From a bacterium UBP4_UBA6127 (lineage in GTDB: Bacteria > UBP4 > UBA4092), in the NCBI GenBank assembly GCA_002428325.1, contig DIVR01000065.1:149597-213596 (forward strand): a stretch of 64,000 bases of DNA. Direction: 5' to 3'. Positions 29,669 to 39,270 of the stretch are shown one piece after another (the stretch's first letter is position 1; every line of letters starts with the position of its first letter). The notes beneath the pieces are model-generated. The model searched no databases, had not been told where the DNA came from, and saw nothing but the letters and a program-made list of their open reading frames with translations. The position numbers and the translations under genes were made by a program.

Positions 29669-31090
29669 TTATAAACCTAAATTTCGGAAATCAGTTAATA
29701 ATGATTCCAGACGAGATTCTGAAAGGGTCTCAACATAACAGCGAAGCAAAGGTTCTGTCCCCGAAGGGCGAACCAGAGTATAACTGCCGTCTTCCAGTTT
29801 CCATCCAATCCCGTCAACTTCTTTGTGTTCGATAATCTTGGAGCCTGCAAACTGTGTCTGGGGTTCACTGGAAAGCTTTTTCCAGAGGGCATCCTTCTTT
29901 TCAGGAGTCAGCCTGAGATCTACACGGCCTGTATAGAATTTACCATATTTTGCTTCCAGAGACATTAAAATCTGTGATAAAGGCTGGCCCTTGGCTGCAA
30001 CCAGTTCCGCTGCCAACAGGCAGGCAATCAGTCCATCTTTCTCCGGGACATGCCCCATGATGCTCAGGCCGCCGCTTTCTTCTCCACCGATAATGACCGG
30101 TTCTTTTTCCATCCATTCACCGATATATTTAAAGCCAACCGGCGTTTCCCGGACGGTAATTCCATTTTTCTCGGCAATGGCATCAATAAAATGGGTGGTC
30201 GCCACAGTGCGGACAACAGACCCCTTCCATCCCCGGGTCTCCATCAGGTGAACCATTAACAGGGCTACCAGCTGATTGGGTGTAATATAGGTTCCATCTG
30301 AATCAATAATTCCAAATCGGTCGGCATCTCCATCGGTCGCTAGACCCAAATGGGCTCCCGTCTGTTTGACTCGGGAAATCAAATCTCCCAAATGCTCTTC
30401 ATTGGGTTCAGGAATATCGTTGCCAAAGTAAGGGTCTCTATACCCATGGATTAATTCAACCTCAACCCCGGCATCTTGTAAGAGGACATCCAGATAATCC
30501 CGTCCGGTCCCGTAAAGGGTGTCGGCTACAACTTTCAACCGGGCTTTACGAATCAGTTCCATATCCAGTTTCCCCCTGATTTCATCCAGATAACGGGGAC
30601 GGATATCAATTATTTCAATCAGCCCTCTGGCCGTGGCTTCAGCGACTGGCATGGTGGCAGGAGTGGCATTATCAGCCAATAATTTATTGGCAATGGATTC
30701 AATTCGGGAAGTTACTTCCGGGGTGGCAGGACCGCCCCAGGCCGGAGAAAACTTAATCCCATTATATTCTGGAGGATTATGGCTGGCGGTCAGGTTGATT
30801 CCCCCGGCGGTTTGGCGATGACGAATCTCAGAAGCAATTGCCGGGGTGGGGGTATCTCGGATTGTTAGAAAAGATTTAATGCCATTAGCTGCCAGAACTT
30901 CAGCCACTGCCTCGGCAAATCGTTCTGACATAAAACGGGTATCATAGCCAATTATCAGTCCTTTATCAGTCAGACCTGATTCTTTGACATAATCAGCAAT
31001 CGCCTGAGTGGCAATGCGGACATTGTTATATGTGAATTCATCGGAGACGATGGCCCGCCATCCGGATGTGCCAAATTTAATATTCATCAA
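29669..31090 (-). CDS. phosphoglucomutase/phosphomannomutase family (alpha-D-phosphohexomutase)
   Basis: FGTSGWR substrate loop, TASHNP active-site serine loop and Mg site (DGDADR). 473 aa. Confidence 0.85.
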   Translation of the reverse strand: MMNIKFGTSGWRAIVSDEFTYNNVRIATQAIADYVKESGLTDKGLIIGYDTRFMSERFAEAVAEVLAANGIKSFLTIRDTPTPAIASEIRHRQTAGGINLTASHNPPEYNGIKFSPAWGGPATPEVTSRIESIANKLLADNATPATMPVAEATARGLIEIIDIRPRYLDEIRGKLDMELIRKARLKVVADTLYGTGRDYLDVLLQDAGVEVELIHGYRDPYFGNDIPEPNEEHLGDLISRVKQTGAHLGLATDGDADRFGIIDSDGTYITPNQLVALLMVHLMETRGWKGSVVRTVATTHFIDAIAEKNGITVRETPVGFKYIGEWMEKEPVIIGGEESGGLSIMGHVPEKDGLIACLLAAELVAAKGQPLSQILMSLEAKYGKFYTGRVDLRLTPEKKDALWKKLSSEPQTQFAGSKIIEHKEVDGIGWKLEDGSYTLVRPSGTEPLLRCYVETLSESRLESLLTDFRNLGL

Positions 31091-31122
31091 TTCTTCCTTG
31101 AAAAAGCATAATTATACCATGG

Positions 31123-32256
31123 TTATGGGTTCCTGCCGGAATGGATGTTATCCCCCATAAGGAATTCCAGGAACTTGGATTCATTCTCAGGTTGGGCCAG
31201 AATAGGCAGGCAAAACCAATCGAATGGCGATTTATCAATCAAGCCCTTTAATTTTAATCCATCCTTTTCTGTGGTGACCAGTCCTTTAACCTTCTTTTTT
31301 TGGCAAAGCTCTTCCATTTGGGCAATATCGGCAGAGGTGTACGTGTGATGGTCAGGGAAAATCATCATATCCGCAATGGTAATTGAAGCTGTTTCCAGAG
31401 TCTTTTTGAATCCATGTGGATTTCCAATTCCACAAAAAGCCAGTAGGGGATCAGTGCTTGCCGTCCAGGAATCAGAATTTGACTCTTTTAGAGCATATAA
31501 AGGCCCCGGTTGAAATATAAACCGAAAGACAGGACAGGTTATACCTGTTTTATTTAATAACCCTTCTATCTTTTGATAGGATTGGCCCTTCTCACAGCGA
31601 GTCAATAGAATTGCGGAAGCCCTTTTCAGGGAACTTACCGGTTCTCGCAAGAGACCCCTGGGCAGTAAATACCCATATCCCAAGGGTTCGGTTACATCTA
31701 AAAGCACTAAATCCATATCCCGATGAAAACGGCGATGGGAAAACCCATCATCCATAATCAACACATCCGGCGAATCTGATTTCAGGGCTGCCAAGGCGCT
31801 TTGGTATCGGTCAGAATGAATAAAAATAGGGGTGTTCTGCAGCATTTGGGCCAGTAGAGCCGGTTCATCCCCAATATGGGTCCAGCTTTGGGAACCCAAT
31901 TCATTATATATAACCCTTAGCGGTTGGTGAGGGTTTTCTTCCATTGCGACCCTCTTATATCCTCTGGTCAGAATGGCTGCTTTTTTTCCTTTTTTTGAAA
32001 ACTGTTCAGTGATGTAGCGGACTATGGGGGTCTTGCCGGTGCCTCCGGTGGTGAGATTGCCGACACATATGACAGGAATTTGAATCCGGCGGGTGGGCAA
32101 TAATCCAATATCATAAATCCACCTGCGAATCAGGATGATCATCCCATAAAACAGGGAAATGCCCCATAGGATAATCTGATATACCCGATTAATGAACGAA
32201 GGGGATTTATCAGATATGATTCTGTTGTATCGATAATTAATTTTTTTTAGATTCAT
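31123..32256 (-). CDS. lpxK: tetraacyldisaccharide 4'-kinase LpxK
   Basis: VICVGNLTTGGTGKTP P-loop, DDGFSH, LLPRGLLREP, VTTEKD. Start set at MNLKK (32256). The ORF extends further 5'. Confidence 0.8.
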   Translation of the reverse strand: MNLKKINYRYNRIISDKSPSFINRVYQIILWGISLFYGMIILIRRWIYDIGLLPTRRIQIPVICVGNLTTGGTGKTPIVRYITEQFSKKGKKAAILTRGYKRVAMEENPHQPLRVIYNELGSQSWTHIGDEPALLAQMLQNTPIFIHSDRYQSALAALKSDSPDVLIMDDGFSHRRFHRDMDLVLLDVTEPLGYGYLLPRGLLREPVSSLKRASAILLTRCEKGQSYQKIEGLLNKTGITCPVFRFIFQPGPLYALKESNSDSWTASTDPLLAFCGIGNPHGFKKTLETASITIADMMIFPDHHTYTSADIAQMEELCQKKKVKGLVTTEKDGLKLKGLIDKSPFDWFCLPILAQPENESKFLEFLMGDNIHSGRNP

Positions 32257-32308
32257 TATTTCTGGTTCTTCCGGAAGCTGATTTGATTTCAGCTGGGGGC
32301 TAACCTGT

Positions 32309-33466
32309 TTATTGCATTCCCAAATTTTGACGGGCTGGACTATAGGTGGAATCAATAGTCAGAGACTGAATCCATGCTTTCCATGCTGCCGTTGTATCTC
32401 CACTGGCCCTGTAACAAAGGCCCATACCATTATATGCCTCGGCGGATTGAGGATACTCTTTTACGATTGTCTTAAATTCTAAAATGGCCTTATCAAAATC
32501 ACCGCTGTTATAAATTTTCCAGGCATTCTTCATCCGGTTTTTATACTCTGGATTGGTAGAAAAAGAAGGTGTTGGTACCGGGGCGGGTGTGGTAGAAGCT
32601 ACAAACCCAATCTTCTTCTGAGGTGCAGCCTGAGGCTTATGAAGAGGGGTTCCTTCCAGTTTGATATTGTCATAGAAAACAAACCCGGATTTTACTTTTC
32701 CATTCGGGTCCGGCAACCCACCCATGTTAAAACCAGGATAAATTCTCATGCTTCTGGCATATTCGATATGTCCTATCGTAGATTTGTCGATACATAACAT
32801 AATCGTTTCATCATCAGGGGTTACGGCAATATCAAAATGATGTTTTGGACGGTTAAGTTTTTCATCCGGCCAAGGCGGAAGATTAAAGGAACGATATTTC
32901 CCATCCCCTCGGGGGTCATAAGATAAATTGGGAATCTGATCTATCAGGCGAAGCCTGATATGGCCCAGGTTGACCAAATCAATAGGTCCTGAACCTGAAA
33001 AATCAAAGGATAAAACATAGGGCTTTTTATAATTAAATGATAAGGATGTCTTTGTCGCATAATACATTCGAGGCTCTTCTGTGGTGGGTGTAAATTCAAA
33101 ACCCTCTGTTGGTTTTAAATCCTTACCGGCAAACAACCCCTTGCTTCTGGAGACTCGGTCCTGATATATTCCAATCCAATTTCCTACCCATCCATCCAAA
33201 GAGGATTCTTCAAAGTCTTCCGTCCAAATGACTCCCTGAGGCAGGATTTCCTCAATTTCAGCAACGGGTTGGGTGGGCGATATATTGGGAAGGGGAGCTG
33301 GTTTGTGAGGTAAAAAGGCTATTACTAGAAATATTAAGGATACACAGGTAAATAGTCCCCATACCCAGAAAACCCATTTTGGAAGACCACTTGGAGATAA
33401 TGGGGTTTCTTGTGATGAAGCAGTCTCCTGAGTAACTGCCTTTTTATTTTTATGGGGATGTTTCAT
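32309..33466 (-). CDS. membrane-anchored hypothetical protein with beta-rich ectodomain and C-terminal TPRs
   Basis: One N-terminal TM (WVFWVWGLFTCVSLIFLVIAFL). C-terminal TPRs (AEAYNGMGLCY). Confidence 0.5.
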   Translation of the reverse strand: MKHPHKNKKAVTQETASSQETPLSPSGLPKWVFWVWGLFTCVSLIFLVIAFLPHKPAPLPNISPTQPVAEIEEILPQGVIWTEDFEESSLDGWVGNWIGIYQDRVSRSKGLFAGKDLKPTEGFEFTPTTEEPRMYYATKTSLSFNYKKPYVLSFDFSGSGPIDLVNLGHIRLRLIDQIPNLSYDPRGDGKYRSFNLPPWPDEKLNRPKHHFDIAVTPDDETIMLCIDKSTIGHIEYARSMRIYPGFNMGGLPDPNGKVKSGFVFYDNIKLEGTPLHKPQAAPQKKIGFVASTTPAPVPTPSFSTNPEYKNRMKNAWKIYNSGDFDKAILEFKTIVKEYPQSAEAYNGMGLCYRASGDTTAAWKAWIQSLTIDSTYSPARQNLGMQ

Positions 33467-33541
33467 TATCTGTCCGGAAATAAATTTTCCTTCAATGTAA
33501 ATTGACTCTTTCCTTCTATCAGGGTAAGAACAAATCCCTTT

Positions 33542-34759
33542 TTAGTAGGAATCAGTATACCAGTATAACCATTCAGTTTTTGGTAAAGCTAAATCCATTT
33601 GGTTCATATCTATCAAAGATAAATCCTGAAACTTTACTTCTTCAAAGAAGAGGGGAAGTTCAGAGAATAATTTCCTGCCTAATACCCATTGGGTCAGAGC
33701 TGGATGATTCAGGGTTACCTGACAGGAAGAATCTCCATCTTTTACCTGGAATTTCCCATTTTGCTGAGTGATAAGAAAGGACTCCTCAGGAGTCCTGATC
33801 TGGAAAGTTCCTTTCCAATCCCCGGCCGGTTTCCCTTGTAATAATTTAGTGAATATCATGCTGGGTTTAAGGAGCCGTAACATCTGGCCATTGTTGTTTC
33901 GATAAGAAACCAGCCCTCCCATTCTTCTAAATGCCTCGGTCAGTGGATGATGGGTAAAGCACCCCGGCATTCTGATTTTTCCATTACAACCTTGTTGCCT
34001 GAATTCCTTTAACACTGAGAGCAGGAGTGTGTCCCATACTTTGGGGTCATCTTGATTCCCCCAGGCTTCCCTGATCCACGACTGAGTACGGTCTTTGCTG
34101 TACCCTGCGCGTAAATATGCCAGCAGAGTTCCCTTTTGATCGAATGCTCCAAGAAAAATAAAATCCCTCAGAATATTCCATTGTAGAGATTTCTCCCAAT
34201 ATGACTTGTCCCTGCATACAGGTCCTGTGTAACGGAGTGCCTTCTGGTCATAAAGACGGAATACTTTGGTTTGGTCTTTTTTCTCAATGGGTACAATTCT
34301 CAATTGGGGACTTTTAATTTTTACTGCTGTGTCAATATTAGATGTATCAATGAAGGTATCTTTCTGCGGCCAAATCTCGTATCCATGTGGCCGATAAACA
34401 TCATGGACCCCGGTATAGAGACCGGACATCTCCATCCCCTGGTTTTTTATGAATTGGATTACATCCTTAAAAAGCTTTTCATTGATTCCCCGGTGCCGAT
34501 ATTCGGGCAAAGTCCCGACATTGGCAATTGCACCCAGGGAAACCGGAACCCCCCTGAGATATATTTTTTTCGTGAATATCTGGACAGAGGCTGCCAGGAC
34601 ATCATTTATAATCGCTAGTCTTGTATGTTCAGGTTTTCTGCCAGGATGAAGCTGGAATTGGGGGAGAAACAGGGATGAGGGAAAATTAAAAGATAGAACA
34701 ACCTGTTCAAGGATTTTCTCTGATTCATTCTGATTTGCGCCTCGAATTTCTATATTCAT
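33542..34759 (-). CDS. Eis-like GNAT N-acetyltransferase (GNAT plus SCP2-like C-terminus)
   Basis: GNAT motif A (VGTLPEYRHRGINEKLF) and the roughly 400-aa tripartite length typical of the Eis/Acetyltransf_9 family. Confidence 0.5.
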   Translation of the reverse strand: MNIEIRGANQNESEKILEQVVLSFNFPSSLFLPQFQLHPGRKPEHTRLAIINDVLAASVQIFTKKIYLRGVPVSLGAIANVGTLPEYRHRGINEKLFKDVIQFIKNQGMEMSGLYTGVHDVYRPHGYEIWPQKDTFIDTSNIDTAVKIKSPQLRIVPIEKKDQTKVFRLYDQKALRYTGPVCRDKSYWEKSLQWNILRDFIFLGAFDQKGTLLAYLRAGYSKDRTQSWIREAWGNQDDPKVWDTLLLSVLKEFRQQGCNGKIRMPGCFTHHPLTEAFRRMGGLVSYRNNNGQMLRLLKPSMIFTKLLQGKPAGDWKGTFQIRTPEESFLITQQNGKFQVKDGDSSCQVTLNHPALTQWVLGRKLFSELPLFFEEVKFQDLSLIDMNQMDLALPKTEWLYWYTDSY

Positions 34760-34795
34760 TCAACACGTCTCCATTGATATTATGAATTCACATGT

Positions 34796-35359
34796 TTAAG
34801 GAAATTGGTTTATCCATTGGGTCTCTGGTTGTTTGCGTCGATGATTGCTGACTCTGGCCAGCACAAACAGAAAATCTGATAATCGGTTCAGGTATTCCAG
34901 GATATGGGGATTAATCTGTTCCTGGTCCATGAGCGAGACAATGACCCTTTCAGTCCGTCGGCAAACACATCTGGCTAAATGAAATCGGCTGGCAGCTTCA
35001 GAACCGCCAGGTAATATAAAATGCCTAAGCGGAGGAAGCTCCCGGCTGAATTGATCAATAGATTTTTCCAAGTTTAAAACCTGTTCAGAGGCGACCCGGG
35101 GGACGGTTTTATGTTTATCAGATTTGATTTCAGTTTCGGGTGTTGCCAAGTCGCTGCCTAATTCGAAAAGCTCTTTTTGTATTTGAATCAAGGCTTCTCT
35201 AATATCTTCTTCAGGCACAGCCGACCGAATAAGTCCCAACCAGGAACTCAATTCATCGATCATCCCATAAGCTTCAATACGCAAATGGGATTTGGGAACC
35301 CTGGTTCCTGTAAAAAGTGAGGTTTGCCCCTTGTCGCCAGAACGTGTATATATCTTCAT
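34796..35359 (-). CDS. ATP:cob(I)alamin adenosyltransferase, PduO/MMAB type
   Basis: MKIYTRSGDKGQTSLFTG...VPKSHLRIEAYGMIDELSSWLG is the hallmark PduO-type N-terminus. Confidence 0.82.
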   Translation of the reverse strand: MKIYTRSGDKGQTSLFTGTRVPKSHLRIEAYGMIDELSSWLGLIRSAVPEEDIREALIQIQKELFELGSDLATPETEIKSDKHKTVPRVASEQVLNLEKSIDQFSRELPPLRHFILPGGSEAASRFHLARCVCRRTERVIVSLMDQEQINPHILEYLNRLSDFLFVLARVSNHRRKQPETQWINQFP

Positions 35360-35411
35360 GATTAATTTGAGGATAGGGAATCCCGCCTAGACTGTCAAGG
35401 GTTTCCTGTCA

Positions 35412-35897
35412 TTAAGATGATTGAATAGATTCTATTAAGACTACTGATTGGACAGCAATCGCTTTAGCTTCTCCCAGGACACCCAGGTGTTTGGCAGTGG
35501 TTGCCTTTACATTAATCCTGTCAGGAGGAATCTCCAGTATCCGGGAAATGTTCTCTATCATGCCTGGAATGTGGGGAGTGATTTTAGGTTTCTGGGCTAT
35601 GATAGTGGAGTCTGTATTTATCACCTGATAGCCGGAATCTTTGAGAATCTTCATGGTTCTTTCCAAGAGAAGAACACTAGCAATTCCTATTACCTCAGGA
35701 GTGCCGACTCCAAAGACCCTGCCAATGTCCCCTTTTCCTGCCGCACCCAGAAGCGCATCGATCAGTGAATGGACCAGGACATCCGCATCCGAATCTCCAT
35801 CCAGCCCCATCTCATAAGGAATCCGGACGCCACCCAGTATCAGAGGGCGTCCGGAAATAAAGGGATGCATATCAAAACCAAATCCGATTCGATTCAT
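35412..35897 (-). CDS. ispF: 2-C-methyl-D-erythritol 2,4-cyclodiphosphate synthase IspF
   Basis: IGFGFDMHPF...DGDSDADVLVHSLIDALLGAAG are IspF zinc and substrate motifs. Confidence 0.92.
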   Translation of the reverse strand: MNRIGFGFDMHPFISGRPLILGGVRIPYEMGLDGDSDADVLVHSLIDALLGAAGKGDIGRVFGVGTPEVIGIASVLLLERTMKILKDSGYQVINTDSTIIAQKPKITPHIPGMIENISRILEIPPDRINVKATTAKHLGVLGEAKAIAVQSVVLIESIQSS

Positions 35898-35907
35898 ATA
35901 GGTGGCC

Positions 35908-36609
35908 TTATTCTGCAGTCCGATTCTTTAAAATCAATTCAGCCATCATTAAATCTTCCGGAGTGGTGATTTTGATATTTAAAGGAGAACTTGGAATTAT
36001 CTGGATGGACTTGCCATAACGTTCAACCAGACTGGCATCATCCGTAAATTGAATCTTGCCATCAAAAGCCCATTGATATGCCTCAATTAATGTGGGGTAA
36101 CGGAAAACCTGAGGCGTCTGCACAGCCCAAAGGGCATCTCGGGGAATTGTTTTTTGCACCAAGAGGTCCTCATTGACTAATTTAATGGTATCGGTAATTT
36201 TAGTTCCCACAATGGCTCCCTCAGTTTTATCGAGGGCATTATGGCATTGTTCAATCATCATTTCGGTCAGGAAAGGCCGGGCCGCATCCTGAATCAGGAC
36301 TGATTCAGGTGCTTTATAAATGGCTTTCAATCCCTCTTTAACGGAATCTTGCCTTTCTCTGCCGCCTAAAACAACCTGATCTACTTTTGAAAGCTTGGAA
36401 TCAGGTATCAATTCATTTTCAAAGAAATCCACCAAATCTCGTGATGTGACGAGTATGATTCGGTCCACTAAGGTTGATTTCTGGAAAACCTCCAAACTAT
36501 AAAGAACCAGTGGTTTCCCTCCTAAATCAACCATTATCTTGGGGGTTTCACTGCCGAATCGTTCACCTTTCCCGGCAGCCACCACAATCGCTACGATTTT
36601 ATCGCTCAT
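35908..36609 (-). CDS. ispD: 2-C-methyl-D-erythritol 4-phosphate cytidylyltransferase IspD
   Basis: IVAIVVAAGKGERFG nucleotide-binding motif. Start set at MSDKIV (36609) with an AAGGA RBS. Confidence 0.88.
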   Translation of the reverse strand: MSDKIVAIVVAAGKGERFGSETPKIMVDLGGKPLVLYSLEVFQKSTLVDRIILVTSRDLVDFFENELIPDSKLSKVDQVVLGGRERQDSVKEGLKAIYKAPESVLIQDAARPFLTEMMIEQCHNALDKTEGAIVGTKITDTIKLVNEDLLVQKTIPRDALWAVQTPQVFRYPTLIEAYQWAFDGKIQFTDDASLVERYGKSIQIIPSSPLNIKITTPEDLMMAELILKNRTAE

Positions 36610-36625
36610 GAATGCCATCCTTTGG

Positions 36626-37630
36626 CTAGATTTCTTCGTCAGATACCCGGGCAAATATCATACGTCCGGCCGTGGTTTGCAGGACACTGGTAACCACTAC
36701 TTCAACTTTTTGGTTCATATGATTTCGACCACTGTCCACCACAACCATTGTTCCATCATCAAGGTAACCAACCCCCTGGTTATATTCCTTACCCTCCCGG
36801 AGAATAAAGACTTTAAATTCTTCTCCTGGCAGGACCACTGGCCTGAGGGCATTGGCCAGATCATTAATATTCAGGACTTTGACTCCCTGGAGTTCAGCGA
36901 CTTTATTCAGGTTGAAATCGTTGGTAACAATCGGGCTGGTCATAGCTTTAGCCAGCTCAATCAATTTAGAATCAACTGCAGGCACTGAAGGAAAATCGGT
37001 TTCAATGATTTCGACCGGATAATTGCTTTTCTGAAGTTTGTTTAGGATATCCAGTCCTCTCCGGCCCCGTTTACGCCTCATCGGGTCTGATGAATCAGCA
37101 ATATGCTGGAGTTCCAGAAGTACGAATCTGGGAATGACAAAAGCTCCGGTTACGAATCCGGTTTCAGCAATATCCGCAATACGTCCATCGATGATGACAC
37201 TGGTATCCAGAATTTTATATTCACCCAAGGATGGGGATTTAGAAGCTTTCCCATAGGTCAAACCTGCATCTCCAAGCTGTAGTTGATCGGATTTGCTGAT
37301 GCTGACCGCCATTCCAAGGTATCCAAGAATCAATGGTATTAGGACTTTGGATAAATCGGAATAATTAGATGGTAGAACAGATTCAAATATATTGACTAAT
37401 AATAACCCGGTAATCAGGCCAATAATCAACCCTATAATTCCCAAAAAAATAATTTTAAATCGAACCTTACGCATGGAGATCTCTATTCCAATAATGGCAA
37501 GGGCAGCAATAAATCCCAATAACCCGCCAGCGATCGCCCCGCCGTAAGTCAATTTCCCTGAAGTAGATAACATATAGAATGTGAATGTGCCGCACAGAAT
37601 GGCGAAAATAGCACGTATTATATACAGCAT
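36626..37630 (-). CDS. PIN/TRAM domain membrane protein (YacL-like)
   Basis: N-terminal TM segments, PIN domain (DTSVIIDGRIADI) and C-terminal TRAM-like domain. Adjacent to ispD/ispF as in Firmicutes yacL. Confidence 0.7.
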   Translation of the reverse strand: MLYIIRAIFAILCGTFTFYMLSTSGKLTYGGAIAGGLLGFIAALAIIGIEISMRKVRFKIIFLGIIGLIIGLITGLLLVNIFESVLPSNYSDLSKVLIPLILGYLGMAVSISKSDQLQLGDAGLTYGKASKSPSLGEYKILDTSVIIDGRIADIAETGFVTGAFVIPRFVLLELQHIADSSDPMRRKRGRRGLDILNKLQKSNYPVEIIETDFPSVPAVDSKLIELAKAMTSPIVTNDFNLNKVAELQGVKVLNINDLANALRPVVLPGEEFKVFILREGKEYNQGVGYLDDGTMVVVDSGRNHMNQKVEVVVTSVLQTTAGRMIFARVSDEEI

Positions 37631-37855
37631 AGCTTTAACAGCACCCCCTCTCTCGGTAGTTTTATTTATTAAGCAATCAGGCGGTGAAGAGATTCCCTCC
37701 TGGCCTGAATTAAAATATTAACCCTGATATGGATAAATACTATTATTAGTTATAAGGGTTGATATATATCGTCTTACATCCTGTATTTGAACCATTTTTA
37801 CATTATTTTGCATGGATGTAAAGTGAAAAAGGCAATAATAGATGATTTTAGAGAT

Positions 37856-39238
37856 TCAACGGATACCCAATGTATCAAGGGCTTCAAGGATGGTTGTGAC
37901 AGGATGCAGTTTGATTCCGTTGCGAATCAGTTTGGAATCATAATTTCCTTTGGCGAGAACACAGTCAGTAAAACCCAGTTTCTGAGCTTCAGCCAACCTT
38001 TTTTCAATCCAGTTGACCGAGCGGATTTCTCCGGAAAGTCCCACTTCTCCGACCGCTGTCCATGTCGTAGGAATAGGCAGGTTCCGGAAACTAGATGCCA
38101 GTGAGGCAGCGATTCCCAGGTCTACGGCGGGTTCTTCAATGGTTACGCCCCCAGCAATATTCACAAATACATCCCAGGTATTGGTATGCAGGCCGGCTCT
38201 TTTTTCCAGGACTGCCATCAGAAGGCTGACTCTTCGGGAGTCCACTCCGCTGGTCATACGGCGGGGTGCGCCGAAGCCGCTTCCTGGAGTGACCAATGCC
38301 TGCAGTTCCACCATCAAGGGCCGGGTTCCCTCAACACTGGGGACCACAATGGAACCGGATGAGTTTTCAGGCCTTTCAGAAAGAAGTATCTGGGAAGGAT
38401 TATCCACCTCCACCATACCTTCTTCCCGCATCTCAAACATACCCAATTCCTGAGTTGAACCGAACCTGTTTTTGACAGAGCGAAGTATCCGGTATTTCTG
38501 ATACCGTTCTCCCTCCAGATAAAGAACCGTATCTACCAAGTGTTCGAGGACTCTGGGACCGGCGATATTTCCATCTTTGGTAACATGCCCCACCAGGAAA
38601 ACTGCGATATTCTCGTTTTTCGCCAGGTACATCAGTTGAGCAGCCGATTCTCTGACCTGTCCCACTGAACCTGGAGCCGATGCCATATCCGGCTTATAGA
38701 CAGTCTGGATAGAATCCACTATGCAGGCAGCGGGTTTCATGTCATAGATCTGATTGGCTATCTGGTTAACATCCGTTTCTGTGAAAAGCATCAGGTTATC
38801 TGAATGGATACCCAGCCTGTCTGCCCGTAATTTAACCTGAGAGGCAGACTCTTCCGCCGATACATATAAAAGTTTCCCATGCCGATTGCTGATGGCATCA
38901 GCACATTGTAAGAGCAGGGTGGACTTACCGATGCCCGGTTCACCGCCGATCAGGACCAGGGACCCTGGAACAATGCCTCCGCCCAAGACCCGGTCAAATT
39001 CCCCAATGCCGGTTTCAATTCGTTCTTGAGCCAGCAATTTAACATCATTGAGAGACTGGGGAGTTTTAATGCCGATATCGATTTTCCGCCGTAAATTTGA
39101 GATGGAAGATTTATCAGGAGGAGCTTCTATCTCTTCGACCATGGAATTCCATGCCTGGCAATAGGGGCATTTCCCGACCCATTTCAGGGATTCTCCCCCG
39201 CATTCCTGGCAGACAAATCGAGTGGTTGGTTTGCTCAT
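37856..39238 (-). CDS. radA: DNA repair protein RadA/Sms
   Basis: C4 zinc finger (CQECGGESLKWVGKCPYC), RecA-like Walker A (GGEPGIGKSTLLLQ), KNRFG motif and Lon-protease-like C-terminal domain. Start set at MSKPT (39238). Confidence 0.9.
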   Translation of the reverse strand: MSKPTTRFVCQECGGESLKWVGKCPYCQAWNSMVEEIEAPPDKSSISNLRRKIDIGIKTPQSLNDVKLLAQERIETGIGEFDRVLGGGIVPGSLVLIGGEPGIGKSTLLLQCADAISNRHGKLLYVSAEESASQVKLRADRLGIHSDNLMLFTETDVNQIANQIYDMKPAACIVDSIQTVYKPDMASAPGSVGQVRESAAQLMYLAKNENIAVFLVGHVTKDGNIAGPRVLEHLVDTVLYLEGERYQKYRILRSVKNRFGSTQELGMFEMREEGMVEVDNPSQILLSERPENSSGSIVVPSVEGTRPLMVELQALVTPGSGFGAPRRMTSGVDSRRVSLLMAVLEKRAGLHTNTWDVFVNIAGGVTIEEPAVDLGIAASLASSFRNLPIPTTWTAVGEVGLSGEIRSVNWIEKRLAEAQKLGFTDCVLAKGNYDSKLIRNGIKLHPVTTILEALDTLGIR

Positions 39239-39270
39239 AACAGCTTTCCAGTGAAATGAAGTGTCACTTA

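Noticed and set aside
31123-31330. Possible Trm112/YcaR-like small protein fused to the LpxK C-terminus, since the ORF is longer than typical LpxK.
   Set aside because: The extra length is at the N-terminus (upstream of MNLKK). The C-terminal residues (VTTEKD...) are normal LpxK sequence and lack a CxxC zinc ribbon.
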